Part shown: one piece after another, positions 18,668-27,670 of the stretch
Layout of the letters: each line of letters starts with the position of its first letter
Numbering within the stretch: position 1 is the first letter of the stretch
NCBI GenBank assembly: GCA_963817745.1
Contig: CAWFPC010000006.1
Coordinates: forward strand, 261,286-325,285
Direction of reading: 5' to 3'
DNA from: an uncultured Chloroflexia bacterium
Lineage (GTDB): Bacteria; Chloroflexota; Limnocylindria; Limnocylindrales; CSP1-4
DNA length: 64,000 bases
The notes under the pieces: generated by a model
The model's input: the letters and a program-made list of their open reading frames with translations, nothing else
What the model was told of the DNA's origin: nothing
Database searches by the model: none
Position numbers and translations under genes: made by a program

Positions 18668-20261
18668 GTGTTCGATCGCCTGATCTCGGGTGCCGGCGCC
18701 ATCACCGACGCTGCCGATCGGCTCGTGCGTGCGCTCGCGCGCGACGGCGCCGGGACATTCACGCGTCGACCCGGGTCGCTGCTCGTGGCGGCCGGCCTGG
18801 TCGTCGCCGCGGTCGTGCTCGCGGCGATCGGCATCGAGGCCTCGGGTGGCCAGACCCTCCAGACGGTGGATGCGGGCGCGATCGCGGCCACGGACACGGG
18901 CCGTTCCCGCTACGTCACCGTCGAGGGCGACCTCGCGACCGGCTACATCGAGACGTTCAACGACGCCGATGCCGACGGGGAGCAGGATCCCGGTGAGACC
19001 GGCGACGCCTGGTACTACTACATCGTCGATCCCGACACGCACGAAGGTGTCACCGTCCGTTCGGATCGGCATCCGAACGTGACGTACAGCGAGACCGTCT
19101 CGGGCATCGTCGTCGACGATCCGGCGTACGTCGCCGAGGACATCGGCCTCCTCGGGGCCGATCTGAGCTCCGCGGGCATCACGCTCGACACCGACGAAGT
19201 ACATCGATGCCACGCGTCCCGGCCGCCGGTGCCGCGGTCCATGACCTCGCGACCGATCTGCCGCCCGACGGGACGCCGGTCACCGTCACCGGGACCAGGA
19301 GCTACATCTACCTGAACTCCTGCTCGGGCGATGCCGACGGTGACGGCGTGTGCAGCGACGACGAGGCGGACCGCGCCGACATCTTCCTGTTCGATCCGGC
19401 GTCGGGACGCGCGGTGGCGGTGCTGACCGCGGCGGAACCAGACTTCATGCCGGGGACCCTGACCGGCGTCCTGCGGCACGACGAGCGATCGGTGAGCGAC
19501 GCGGCATCGACCGAGGGCTTCACCCTGGCCGAGATGGGCATCACGGTGTCGCCGACACTCCTGCTCGACGAGGGGGCCGTGCCCCCGAGCACGCCGCTGC
19601 TCTACGGGCTCGCCGCCCTGGCGCTCCTGCTCGCGGTCATCATCTTCGTCGGGTGGCGCGGCGGCTACCTCGTGTTCCGCCCCGCCGGTGGCCTGCCGCC
19701 GGCAGCCTCGGCCCTGGCTGACGGTGCGCGGCTCCCGCTGCGCGTGACCGGACAGCTCCGCGGCGCGGGCGGCCTGATCCACGTCCGGGAGGCGCCCGCC
19801 GACCTCGTCCGGTTCGTGCTCGTGCCGCCGCCCCCGCCCGACCTGGACGCGACCGCGCGCGGACGCGGCGCGCAGCGGCCGGCGAGGAGCCATCGGCCGA
19901 CGCGGAGCCAACGGTCGGCGCGAGCCACGGTCGGCGCGGAGCCGACGGTCGGCGGCGAGCCATCGGCCGACGCGAGCCGGGGGCCATCGACCCCGGACCC
20001 GATCCGGAGCCCACGGACGTCCCCGCCGCGACATCGACCCTCATCATCGAGCGGCGGGACCGGCCCGAGGGCGTCGCCGTCGGGATCGGGGAGGCGACCG
20101 CCATCGAGGCCGGAACGGTCAGCCCGTTCCGTGGCAAACGCCCCGCCCTGCGAGTCACAGCCGGGACCGGGCCGCTGCTGCTCTCCTTCGACAGCGTGGA
20201 GGCGCGCGATCGCGCCGCCGCCGAGCTCGTCGACGAGACCGGGATCGGAGGGACGACCTGA
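18668..20261 (+). pseudogene. Hypothetical two-TM membrane protein with an acidic repeat linker, several frame changes
   Basis: GTG at 18668 follows GGAGG. TM helices LLVAAGLVVAAVVLAAIGI and LLYGLAALALLLAVIIFVGW. Frame changes at ~19200-19225, ~19860-19885 and inside the 18-nt repeats. C-terminus ...LIIERRDRPEGVAVGIGEATAIEAG...SVEARDRAAAELVDETG, with the stop coupled (TGATG) to the cupin gene. Confidence 0.55.
19887..19974 (+). repeat. Five tandem ~18-nt coding repeats (EPSADA / EPTVGA units), one unit only 16 nt
   Basis: gagccatcggccgacgcg | gagccaacggtcggcgcg | agccacggtcggcgcg | gagccgacggtcggcggc | gagccatcggccgacgcg. Confidence 0.75.
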
Positions 20262-20587
20262 TGCGTGCGTGGGAGCTGACCGAGCTCGATGCGGCGCGGG
20301 AGGCCGCCGGGCTGCGCTACCACGAGTTCATCTCGGTGCCGGACCTGTCGGGCGGGCTGTACGTCCTCGAAGCCGGCGCGATCGATACCCAATCGCCGCA
20401 CGGCGAGGACGAGCTCTATGTCGTGATGTCGGGCCGCGGCCGGATGACGGTCGCGGGGGAGACGCGCGACGTCGCGGCGGGCTCGGTCGTGTTCGTCGCC
20501 GCCCGAGATCCCCACCGCTTCCATGACATCGAGGAGCGGCTCGTCATCCTCGTGGCGTTCGGGCCGGCGGAGGGTTCGCGCGGGTGA
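20261..20587 (+). CDS. Cupin-domain protein
   Basis: Intact 108 aa: GGLYVLEAGAIDTQSPHGEDELYVVMSGRGRMTVAGETRDVAAGSVVFVAARDPHRFH. Confidence 0.85.
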   Translation: MRAWELTELDAAREAAGLRYHEFISVPDLSGGLYVLEAGAIDTQSPHGEDELYVVMSGRGRMTVAGETRDVAAGSVVFVAARDPHRFHDIEERLVILVAFGPAEGSRG

Positions 20588-21356
20588 GCCCGTAGGCGGC
20601 CCACGCATCGGCGAGCTCGAGCGCGAGCTCGGCGCCGCGACCCACCTCGTCGTGGCGGAAGAACACGAACGCGTCGTCGCCGGCCTCGATGAACGGCGCC
20701 AGCCGCCGGACCCACGCGTCGAGGTCGCCCGGCGTGTAGTCGTGCCGGCGCAGCCGCAGGTACAGGAACGGTCCGGTCCGCCGGATCGTCGGCGGCTCGG
20801 GATCGTCGGGCAGGTCGGTCGAACACAGGGCGGCACCCGCCGCGGTGAGCGCGGCGATCGTCTCGTCGACCGCCCAGCTCGGATCCTGGAACTCGAGGGT
20901 CAACGGCAGGTCTCGAGGCCATGCCGCGAGCAGGGCGGCGAGGCGATCGTCGTCCCGGCGCAGTCCGTCCGGCACCCGAAACAGCACGGTGCCGAGCCGT
21001 CCCCGAACGCCCGGTACGGTCCGGTGAGCCACGGGCAGGCCGGGCTCGGGCTGGCCCGTCATCGACCGGTACGACCCACCGCGTTGCGCCTTGACGCTGA
21101 ACCGGAAGCCGGGCGGCGTCGCCTCGAGCCAGGCCGCGACCTTGCTCGGCGACGGTTGCTGGTAGAAGGTGTTGTTGAGCTCGACGGCGGTGAGTCGCGT
21201 GGCGTAGTGCCGCAGCAGGCCATCGGCTTTCAGCCCCGGCGGATAGAACCGCGGCGCCCACGCCGGGTACGCGAAACCGCTCGTGCCCGTGTGGAGCCGC
21301 CCGGTCGGTCGCGCCTCAGCGGTCGCGGTCGTCGCTCCCGGGGTCGGCGTCGCCAT
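20544..21356 (-). CDS. DUF72-family protein (YecE-like)
   Basis: RLHTGTSGFAYPAWAPRFYPPGLKADGLLRHYATRLTAVELNNTFYQ...FVFFRHDE. Start chosen at the ATG at 21356. Confidence 0.85.
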   Translation of the reverse strand: MATPTPGATTATAEARPTGRLHTGTSGFAYPAWAPRFYPPGLKADGLLRHYATRLTAVELNNTFYQQPSPSKVAAWLEATPPGFRFSVKAQRGGSYRSMTGQPEPGLPVAHRTVPGVRGRLGTVLFRVPDGLRRDDDRLAALLAAWPRDLPLTLEFQDPSWAVDETIAALTAAGAALCSTDLPDDPEPPTIRRTGPFLYLRLRRHDYTPGDLDAWVRRLAPFIEAGDDAFVFFRHDEVGRGAELALELADAWAAYGLTRANPPPARTPRG

Positions 21357-21886
21357 CCGACGAGGTATCGAGGATCGCGGCAGCCATGGCCGAGCAGCGG
21401 TCGCCCTCGCCACCCGGGCCAGCCCGCTCGGCGACGGCCAGCATCGTGCGCTCGATCGTCGCCAGGTCGGCCGGCTCGATCGAGGCGAGGAAGTGCTCGT
21501 CGATGCCGCGCAGGTGCGTCCGCGACGCCCGGCGCAGTCGCTCGAGTCCGGCCGGCGTGAGGACGGCTTCGGCGCCGCGGGCGTCGGTCAGACAGGTGTC
21601 GCGTTCCACGAGGCCGTCGAGCGACGAGCCGATCGATCAGGCGGGTCACGCCGCTCTTGCTCAGCAGCACCCGGTCGGACAGCTGGCGCATCCGGATCCG
21701 CCGATCGGGGGCGTCAGCGATGACGAGCAGGGCGTCGTACTCGGCGAGGGAGAGGTCATGCTCCGCGCGCAGCTCCTCATCGAGGCGCCGCGAGATGCGC
21801 GCGTGCGCCTGGATGAACGCGCGCCATGGTTCGAGACGCGAGTCGCGCGGCGACAGCCGTCGGTCGACCCGCTCGGAGACGGTCAT
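21316..21886 (-). pseudogene. MarR-family transcriptional regulator, one apparent frameshift
   Basis: LSLAEYDALLVIADAPDRRIRMRQLSDRVLLSKSGVTRLIDRLV (winged HTH). A frame change at ~21615 leads to LVERDTCLTDARGAEAVLTPAGLERLRRA. Confidence 0.85.
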
Positions 21887-21892
21887 GGCTGG

Positions 21893-21898
21893 ATGCTA
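21893..21898 (-). promoter_or_regulatory. -10-like hexamer TAGCAT exactly 6 nt upstream of the MarR ATG (leaderless-type)
   Basis: The minus strand reads TAGCAT-ccagcc-ATG. Confidence 0.45.
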
Positions 21899-21919
21899 CA
21901 CCCTCGTCGTGGTCGGCTA

Positions 21920-21967
21920 GTAGTTGACACCGCAACGATATCGTGAGATGGTTGCATCGTCAACTAC
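21920..21967. promoter_or_regulatory. Nested palindrome in the MarR/YceI divergent spacer (probable MarR operator)
   Basis: GTAGTTGAC (21920-28) pairs with GTCAACTAC (21959-67). Inner GCAAC/GTTGC arms and a central CGATATCG are present. On the minus strand the sequence also reads TTGACG-N17-TATCGT. Confidence 0.55.
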
Positions 21968-22012
21968 CGCCGCAGGACGCGGCACGACCCACGCGGAGGA
22001 ACCCCGAACCCC

Positions 22013-22578
22013 ATGACGACCACCTGGAAGCTCGACAGCGCACATACCCAGATCACCTTCTCGGCCAAGCACATGATGGTCACCAACGTCCGAGGCACGT
22101 TCCACGAGGTCGAGGGCACGATCGAGCTCGACGAGGCGGATCCCACGCGATCGCATGGCGAGTTCCGCGTCGCCGCCGCCAGCATCGACACCAACTTCGG
22201 AGCCCGCGATGCGCACCTGAAGTCCGCCGACTTCTTCGATGCCGAGCGATACCCCTGGATCACCTTCCGATCGACCGCGATCACGCCGCCGGCGGCGACC
22301 GCTACACCGTCACGGGCGACCTCACGATCCGCGACGTCACGCAGCCGCTCTCGTTCGACGTCGAGCTCGAAGGGATCGTCCGCGGCATGAGCGGCCAGCG
22401 ACACGCCGGCTTCTCCGCATCCACGAAGGTCCAGCGCGAGGCCTGGGGCCTCAACTGGAACGTCGCGCTCGAGCAGGGTGGCTGGCTCGTCGGCAAGGAG
22501 ATCAAGCTCGAGATCGCGGTCGCGGCCGATGAGGTCGAGGCCGCTGTCCCCGCGGAGCTGGTGGCCGTCGGCGCCTGA
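22013..22578 (+). pseudogene. YceI-family protein, one apparent frameshift
   Basis: WKLDSAHTQITFSAKHMMVTNVRGTFHEVEGTIELD...DAHLKSADFFDAERYPWITFRS. A frame change at ~22275 leads to DRYTVTGDLTIRDVTQPLSFDVELEG...WNVALEQGGWLVGKEIKLEI. Confidence 0.85.
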
Positions 22579-22600
22579 CGACCCAGCCCTCCGGCAACCG

Positions 22601-22624
22601 ACGCCCCGGCCTGCGCCGGGGCGT
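22601..22624 (+). terminator. Intrinsic terminator after the YceI gene
   Basis: Perfect 10-bp stem ACGCCCCGGC / GCCGGGGCGT with a 4-nt loop, followed by TTTCGG. Confidence 0.7.
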
Positions 22625-22707
22625 TTCGGCGTCCGGGCGACGCTGCCATCATCGGGTCGTGATCGACCGGTCAGGACTGGCGGACGGCGCGCCCGACGCG
22701 GGCCGGC

Positions 22708-23884
22708 ATGACGCCTGCCCCGGATGTCGTCGTGATCGGTGGCGGGATCGTCGGCGTCGCGGCGGCCGCACACCTCGCGGACGCCGGACGACGCGTCGTG
22801 CTCGTGGAGCGGGAGGGCGTCGCCGCCGGGGCGTCGGGCCGCAACTCCGGGGTGGTCCAGCACCCACTCGACCTGGCGATGGCCGGACTCCACCTGACGA
22901 CCGTGGACCTGTACCGCGCCCTGGCCGAGCGGTCGGGGCGGGTCGTTCCGGCTGCCCGACACGCCGGCCGGGCTGCTGTACGTCACCCGCGACGCGCCCG
23001 CGGCGGCCCGCCTGAGCGAGCGCCTGGCGCGCACCCACGCGCACCTCGCACCCTCGTTCGTCGCGCCCGGCAGTGCGCACGACGTCGAGCCGGGGCTGCA
23101 TCCGGAGGTCGCCGCGTGCCGGCTCGAGATCGGGTATCCCGTGGCGCCGGCGGCCGCGACCCACGCCTACGCCGACCGGGCGCGCGACGCGGGGGTCGAG
23201 CTCGTCGTCGGGCGTGCGGCACGGCCGTGGCTCGATGGTGCGCGTGTCCGGGGCGTGGAACTGGACGACGGATCGCGACTGGCGGCCCCGGACGTCCTGG
23301 TCGCCACCGGCCCGTGGGCGCCCACGATGATCGATCCGACCGGGTCGTGGCGGCCGATCCGCCCGTCCTGGGGCGTCGTGCTCGCGGTGACGCTCGCCGA
23401 GCCGCCACGACACGTCATCGAGGAGGCGGAGATGGACATCGAGCCCGGTTCCGAGAGCGACGCCGACGTCGCACCCGCCACCGGCGCCGCGCCCGAAGCC
23501 GAGTCCGCCACCGCGATCGGCGATGCGGAGTTCAGCCTCGTCACGGCGCGTGGCTCGAGCTCGCTCGGGACGACCTTCCTCGCGACGGAACCCGATGCCG
23601 GCGCGTACGTGCCGGTCATCGTCGAGCGCGCCACGCGGTTCCTGCCGGCGATCGCCACCGCGCCGCATCGGCGGCCACCGCGTGTGCGCCCGCCCGCAGA
23701 GCAGCGACGGCCGGCCGCTCATCGGTCGCGTTCCGTGGATCGAAGGCCTGTGGATCGCGGCCGGCAACGGTCCGTGGGGCATCTCCACCGGGCCGGCGAC
23801 GGGGCTGTTGGTCGCCGAGCTCATCACGGGCTCGCGGGCGAGCCACCGCCCGCGTTCGATCCGGGTCGGTTCGGAGGCGTGTGA
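22708..23884 (+). pseudogene. FAD-dependent oxidoreductase (DAO/glycine-oxidase-like), about three apparent frameshifts
   Basis: Dinucleotide fold DVVVIGGGIVGVAAAAHLA. Frame changes at ~22945, ~23670 and ~23845. C-terminal part PLIGRVPWIEGLWIAAGNGPWGISTGPATGLLVAELITG. Confidence 0.82.
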
Positions 23885-23894
23885 CGCGCCGGCG

Positions 23895-24152
23895 TCAGCG
23901 CCAGCTGTTGGGGTCGAACACGTAGAAGAAGGTCTGGGAGCAGGCCCGGTTCAACCCGCCCAGCCAGTCGGCGAAGGCCTCCCCGAACGGATGCCCGTCG
24001 AGCTCGAAGGTCGCAGGAACGGCCGTGTCGAGCGGCGCCTCGTCTTCGTGCCCGGGGGCACTCGGTCGCGGCGCGCCGGCAAGCGCCGGCGACAGGTGGG
24101 GTTCGATCCGCCCGAGTCGGGCGGTCACGGCGTACCCGGCCATCGTGCGCAC
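23895..24152 (-). CDS. Hypothetical protein
   Basis: 85-aa ORF (GTG at 24152, or ATG at 24143) ending ...DGHPFGEAFADWLGGLNRACSQTFFYVFDPNSWR. A TAGGCT hexamer at 24154-24159 lies just upstream. I do not recognise a family. Confidence 0.4.
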   Translation of the reverse strand: MRTMAGYAVTARLGRIEPHLSPALAGAPRPSAPGHEDEAPLDTAVPATFELDGHPFGEAFADWLGGLNRACSQTFFYVFDPNSWR

Positions 24153-24180
24153 CAGCCTACTCCGCCGCGGGGCTCGCGAC

Positions 24181-24186
24181 TATCCT
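24181..24186 (+). promoter_or_regulatory. -10-like hexamer TATCCT exactly 6 nt upstream of the amidinotransferase ATG (leaderless-type)
   Basis: TATCCT-gtcgcg-ATG. Confidence 0.45.
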
Positions 24187-24192
24187 GTCGCG

Positions 24193-25059
24193 ATGACCCT
24201 GACCGCCCGCCGGTACGGCGCCCAGAGCATGTCCTCGACGCTCCGGGAGGCGCTCGTCGCGCGGCCCGGTGCGGCGTTCGGGCGGGCGTTCGACGACCCC
24301 GCGCACGGCTTCCTCCATCCGGTCGATCTGGCCGTGGCTCGACGCGAGCACGACGCCTTCGTCGGGACGCTCGAGACGCTCGGCGTCACGGTCCACGTGC
24401 TCGACGCTGAGCTCGACGACCCCGATCTCGTGTACACGTTCGACCCGCTGCTCGTCACGGACCGCGGTGCCATCCCGCTGCGACCAGGCAAGGCGAACCG
24501 TGCCGGGGAGCCCGCGACGCTCGAGGCGTGGACGGCGGCGGCCGGCATCCCGACGCACGGACGCATCGAGGCACCCGGCACGGTCGAGGGCGGCGACACG
24601 CTGTGGCTGCGGCCCGACCTGTTCTGCATCGGGCGGACGCTGCGGACCAATGACACCGGAACGCGCCAGCTCGCGGGGCTCGTCGGCGGCGACGTCCGGA
24701 TCTTCGACGTGCCGTACTGGCGCGGCGCCGCCGAGCTCATCCACCTCATGTCGGTCATCTCGCCCGTCGCGGACGACCTGGCGGTCGTCTACCTCCCGCT
24801 GCTCCCGGTCGGGCTGTGGTCGCTGCTCGGCGAGCTCGGTATCCGCCTCGTCGAGGTCCCGGACGAGGAATTCGCGACCCTGGGCTGCAACGTCCTTGCG
24901 GTCCGGCCGCGGGTCGTCGTGATCGCGGAGGGGAATCCACGGACGTCGGCGGCGCTCGAGGCGGCCGGCTGCGAGGTCCACACGTACCCGGCCACCGAGA
25001 TCGGGGTCAACGGCTCCGGCGGCCCGACCTGCATGACCAGGCCGATCCTGCGTGACTGA
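24193..25059 (+). CDS. Amidinotransferase-superfamily enzyme (DDAH / arginine-deiminase-like fold)
   Basis: Intact. Reads HVLDAELDDPDLVYTFDPLLV, GTVEGGDTLWL, AELIHLMSVISPV and the C-terminal catalytic-Cys context VNGSGGPTCMTRPI. Confidence 0.8.
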   Translation: MTLTARRYGAQSMSSTLREALVARPGAAFGRAFDDPAHGFLHPVDLAVARREHDAFVGTLETLGVTVHVLDAELDDPDLVYTFDPLLVTDRGAIPLRPGKANRAGEPATLEAWTAAAGIPTHGRIEAPGTVEGGDTLWLRPDLFCIGRTLRTNDTGTRQLAGLVGGDVRIFDVPYWRGAAELIHLMSVISPVADDLAVVYLPLLPVGLWSLLGELGIRLVEVPDEEFATLGCNVLAVRPRVVVIAEGNPRTSAALEAAGCEVHTYPATEIGVNGSGGPTCMTRPILRD

Positions 25060-26331
25060 GGCGGTCGCGCCCGCGATCGATCGGGATCGGCTGCTTGCCG
25101 ACCTCCGGGCGCTCGTCCGGATCCCCAGCATCACGGGCTCCGAGGAACCGGTGGTGGCCTGGGCTGCGGATGCCCTCCGCGAGGTCGGCCTCGACGTCGA
25201 GGTCGTCCAGCCGGATCCGGCGACCGTTCGGGCCGACCCCGATTGGCCGGGCGAGGAGATGCCGCGGACGTCGCTGCCGGTCGTGATCGGGCGGGCGGGG
25301 CGTACCGACGACCCTTCGCGACGGCGCATCCTCTCGGGTCACCTCGACGTCGTGCCCCCGGGCGATCCGGGCACCTGGACGACCGATCCGTGGGGCGCGC
25401 GACGTGCGGGATGGCCGGTTGTACGGCCGCGGGGCGTGCGACATGAAGGGTGGCGTCGCGGCGATCCTGGCCGCCGTCCGCGGCCTTCGCGATGCCGGCG
25501 CCCTCGACGGGCTCGACGGCGAGCTGATGGTGGTCTTCGTCCCGTCCGAGGAGGACGGCGGCCAGGGGACCCTGGCCGCGATCCGTGCCGGTGCCACGGG
25601 CGCGATGGCCGTGATCACCGAGCCGTCCAACCTCGACGTCGTCGTCGCGCACGCGGGCGCCATCACGTTCCGGCTCACCGTTCCGGGCCGCGCGGCCCAT
25701 GCGTCTCGGCGTCGCGAGGGCGTGTCCGCGCTCGACAACCTGTTCACGCTCGTCGGCCGCCCTCGAGGCGGACGAGACCCGCCGGAACGAGGCCGAGACC
25801 GACCCGCTGATGACCGCGCTCGGGTTGCCGTACCCGACGATCGTCGGCATCGTGGCGGGCGGGGAATGGGCCTCGACCGTGCTCGACCGCGTCGTCGTCG
25901 AAGGTCGGTATGGCGTCCGGCTCGGGCAGTCTGCCGCGGACGCCGAAGCCGAGCTGCGCGCGGCCATCGCCACGGCGTGCGCCGCGGATCCGTTCCTGCG
26001 CGACCACCCGGCGACGGTGGAGATCACCGGCGGACGGTTCGGTTCGGCGCGGGTGCCAGCCGATCACGCGTTGCCGGTCGGCCTGGCGGATGTCGCGGAG
26101 CGTGTCACCGGCCGCCGGCCGAGGTCGATCGGGGAACCGTACGGGGCGGACATGCAGATGTTCGTCAATGTCGGCGACACGCCGTGCGTCATCTACGGGC
26201 CGGGCGACGTGAAGGTCGCTCACAGTGCCGACGAGTACGTCCCGCTCGACGAGGTCGAGACGTGCGCGCGCGTGCTCGCCGCGTGGGTGGCGCGGGAGCT
26301 GGCACCGGAGCAGGCGGCAGACTCGCGCTGA
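25052..26331 (+). pseudogene. M20-family metallopeptidase (ArgE/DapE/ACY1-like), two apparent frameshifts
   Basis: SGHLDVVPPGD. A frame change at ~25395 leads to GRLYGRGACDMKGG...VPSEEDGG. A frame change at ~25750 leads to ...PCVIYGPGDVKVAHSADEYVPLDEV. The GTG start overlaps the previous stop by 8 nt. Confidence 0.85.
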
Positions 26332-26334
26332 AGC

Positions 26335-26356
26335 CGGCCGCCCCGAACGGCGGCCG
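26335..26356. terminator. Hairpin between the convergent M20 and MFS genes
   Basis: CGGCCGCC-ccgaac-GGCGGCCG (8-bp stem). Confidence 0.4.
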
Positions 26357-26362
26357 CGAACG

Positions 26363-27644
26363 TCAGGAGCGCGCCGCGGACTGCACCGCCGACCGGCGCG
26401 CGATGACGAGCATCGACGGGACGATCACGAGCCCCGCGCCGAGCAAGCCCAGGGTCGCGTAGCTGGCGGCCGCGACGACGATGCCGGAGCCCAGGCTCGC
26501 CGCGGCCGCGGAGCTCCAGATCAGCGAGTCGGTGAGGCCCTGGAGCCGGGTGCGCTCGGCGACCTCGAGCCCGCTGGTGAGCAGCGTCGATCCCGCGACG
26601 TAGCCGAGGTTCCAGCCGTAGCCCAACAGGAACAGGGCGAGGAACAGCGCCGGGCCGCCGTCGGTCGGGGCGCCGGCCGCGAGCACCGACGCGCCCGCGG
26701 TCGTCGCGAGGCCGACCAGGATCACCGGCACGCTCCCGTATCGATCGGTCAGCCGACCCGAGATGGGGGAGAGCCCGAACATCCCGAACGTGTGGGCGCT
26801 GATGACCAGGCCGACATCGCCCAGGCCGTGGCCGTGGGCCGTCATGTGGAGCGGCGTCATGGTCATGATCAGCACCATCACGACCTGGCTCGTGACGAGC
26901 GCGACGATCGCCACGGAGACGTTGGGGCGCGCGAGGACCGATGCCAGCGAGACGGCGGTCGACGCCGGCAGCGACGCGTCGTGACGTGCGGAGTCGTCGG
27001 CCAGCTCGTACGGGTCGGGTCGGAGGAATACGAACGATACGATCGCCGCCGCGGTCACGAAGACGGCCGGGACCAGGTACGGCCCGACGAGCTCGGGCAG
27101 GCCCGCCTCGATCGCCAGTCGGCCGGCCGGTGCCGCGAGGTTCGGGCCGACGATGGCCCCGATGGTCGAGCCCCAGACCACCGTGCCGATGGCCGTCGCG
27201 CGTTTACGTTCCGTGGCGAGGTCGGCGGCCGCGTACCGAGAAAGCTGGTTCGCGCTGTTGCCGAACCCGACGAAGAACGTGGCGACGAGCAGCAGGGGCA
27301 GTGACCCGAGCACGACGGCGATCGCGGCCACGAGCGCACCGCCGACACCGATCGCGTATCCGGTCGCGAGCCCGGTCCGCCGCCGACCCGTGCGGGCCAT
27401 GAGCGCCGAGAGCGCGGTCGATCCGAGCGCCGCGCCAAGCACGACGGCAGCACCCGGGGCGCCGCTGAGTGCCGACGTCCCGCCGATCTGTTCCGCGGCG
27501 ATCGTCGCCACGGTCGCTGCGGCGATGTGGCCGGTGCTGCCGAGCGCGACACCCACGACCAGCGCGCGGACCGACCGTCGACGCAGCCGCGTCGAGCTCG
27601 ACGGGCGATCGCGTGGCGGCGGCGGGCAGGCTGGCGGCGGTCAT
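26363..27644 (-). CDS. MFS transporter. The extreme N-terminus needs one frame change.
   Basis: The body 26363-27556 is an intact 12-TM-like ORF. TM1 looks truncated at the GTG at 27556. An ATG at 27644 (8 nt after TATCAT) reads MTAASLPAAATRSPVELDAAA and joins RRRSVRALVVGVALGS after a shift at ~27590. Confidence 0.8.
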
Positions 27645-27670
27645 GGCTGGCGATGATAGGCCGAGCGCGC

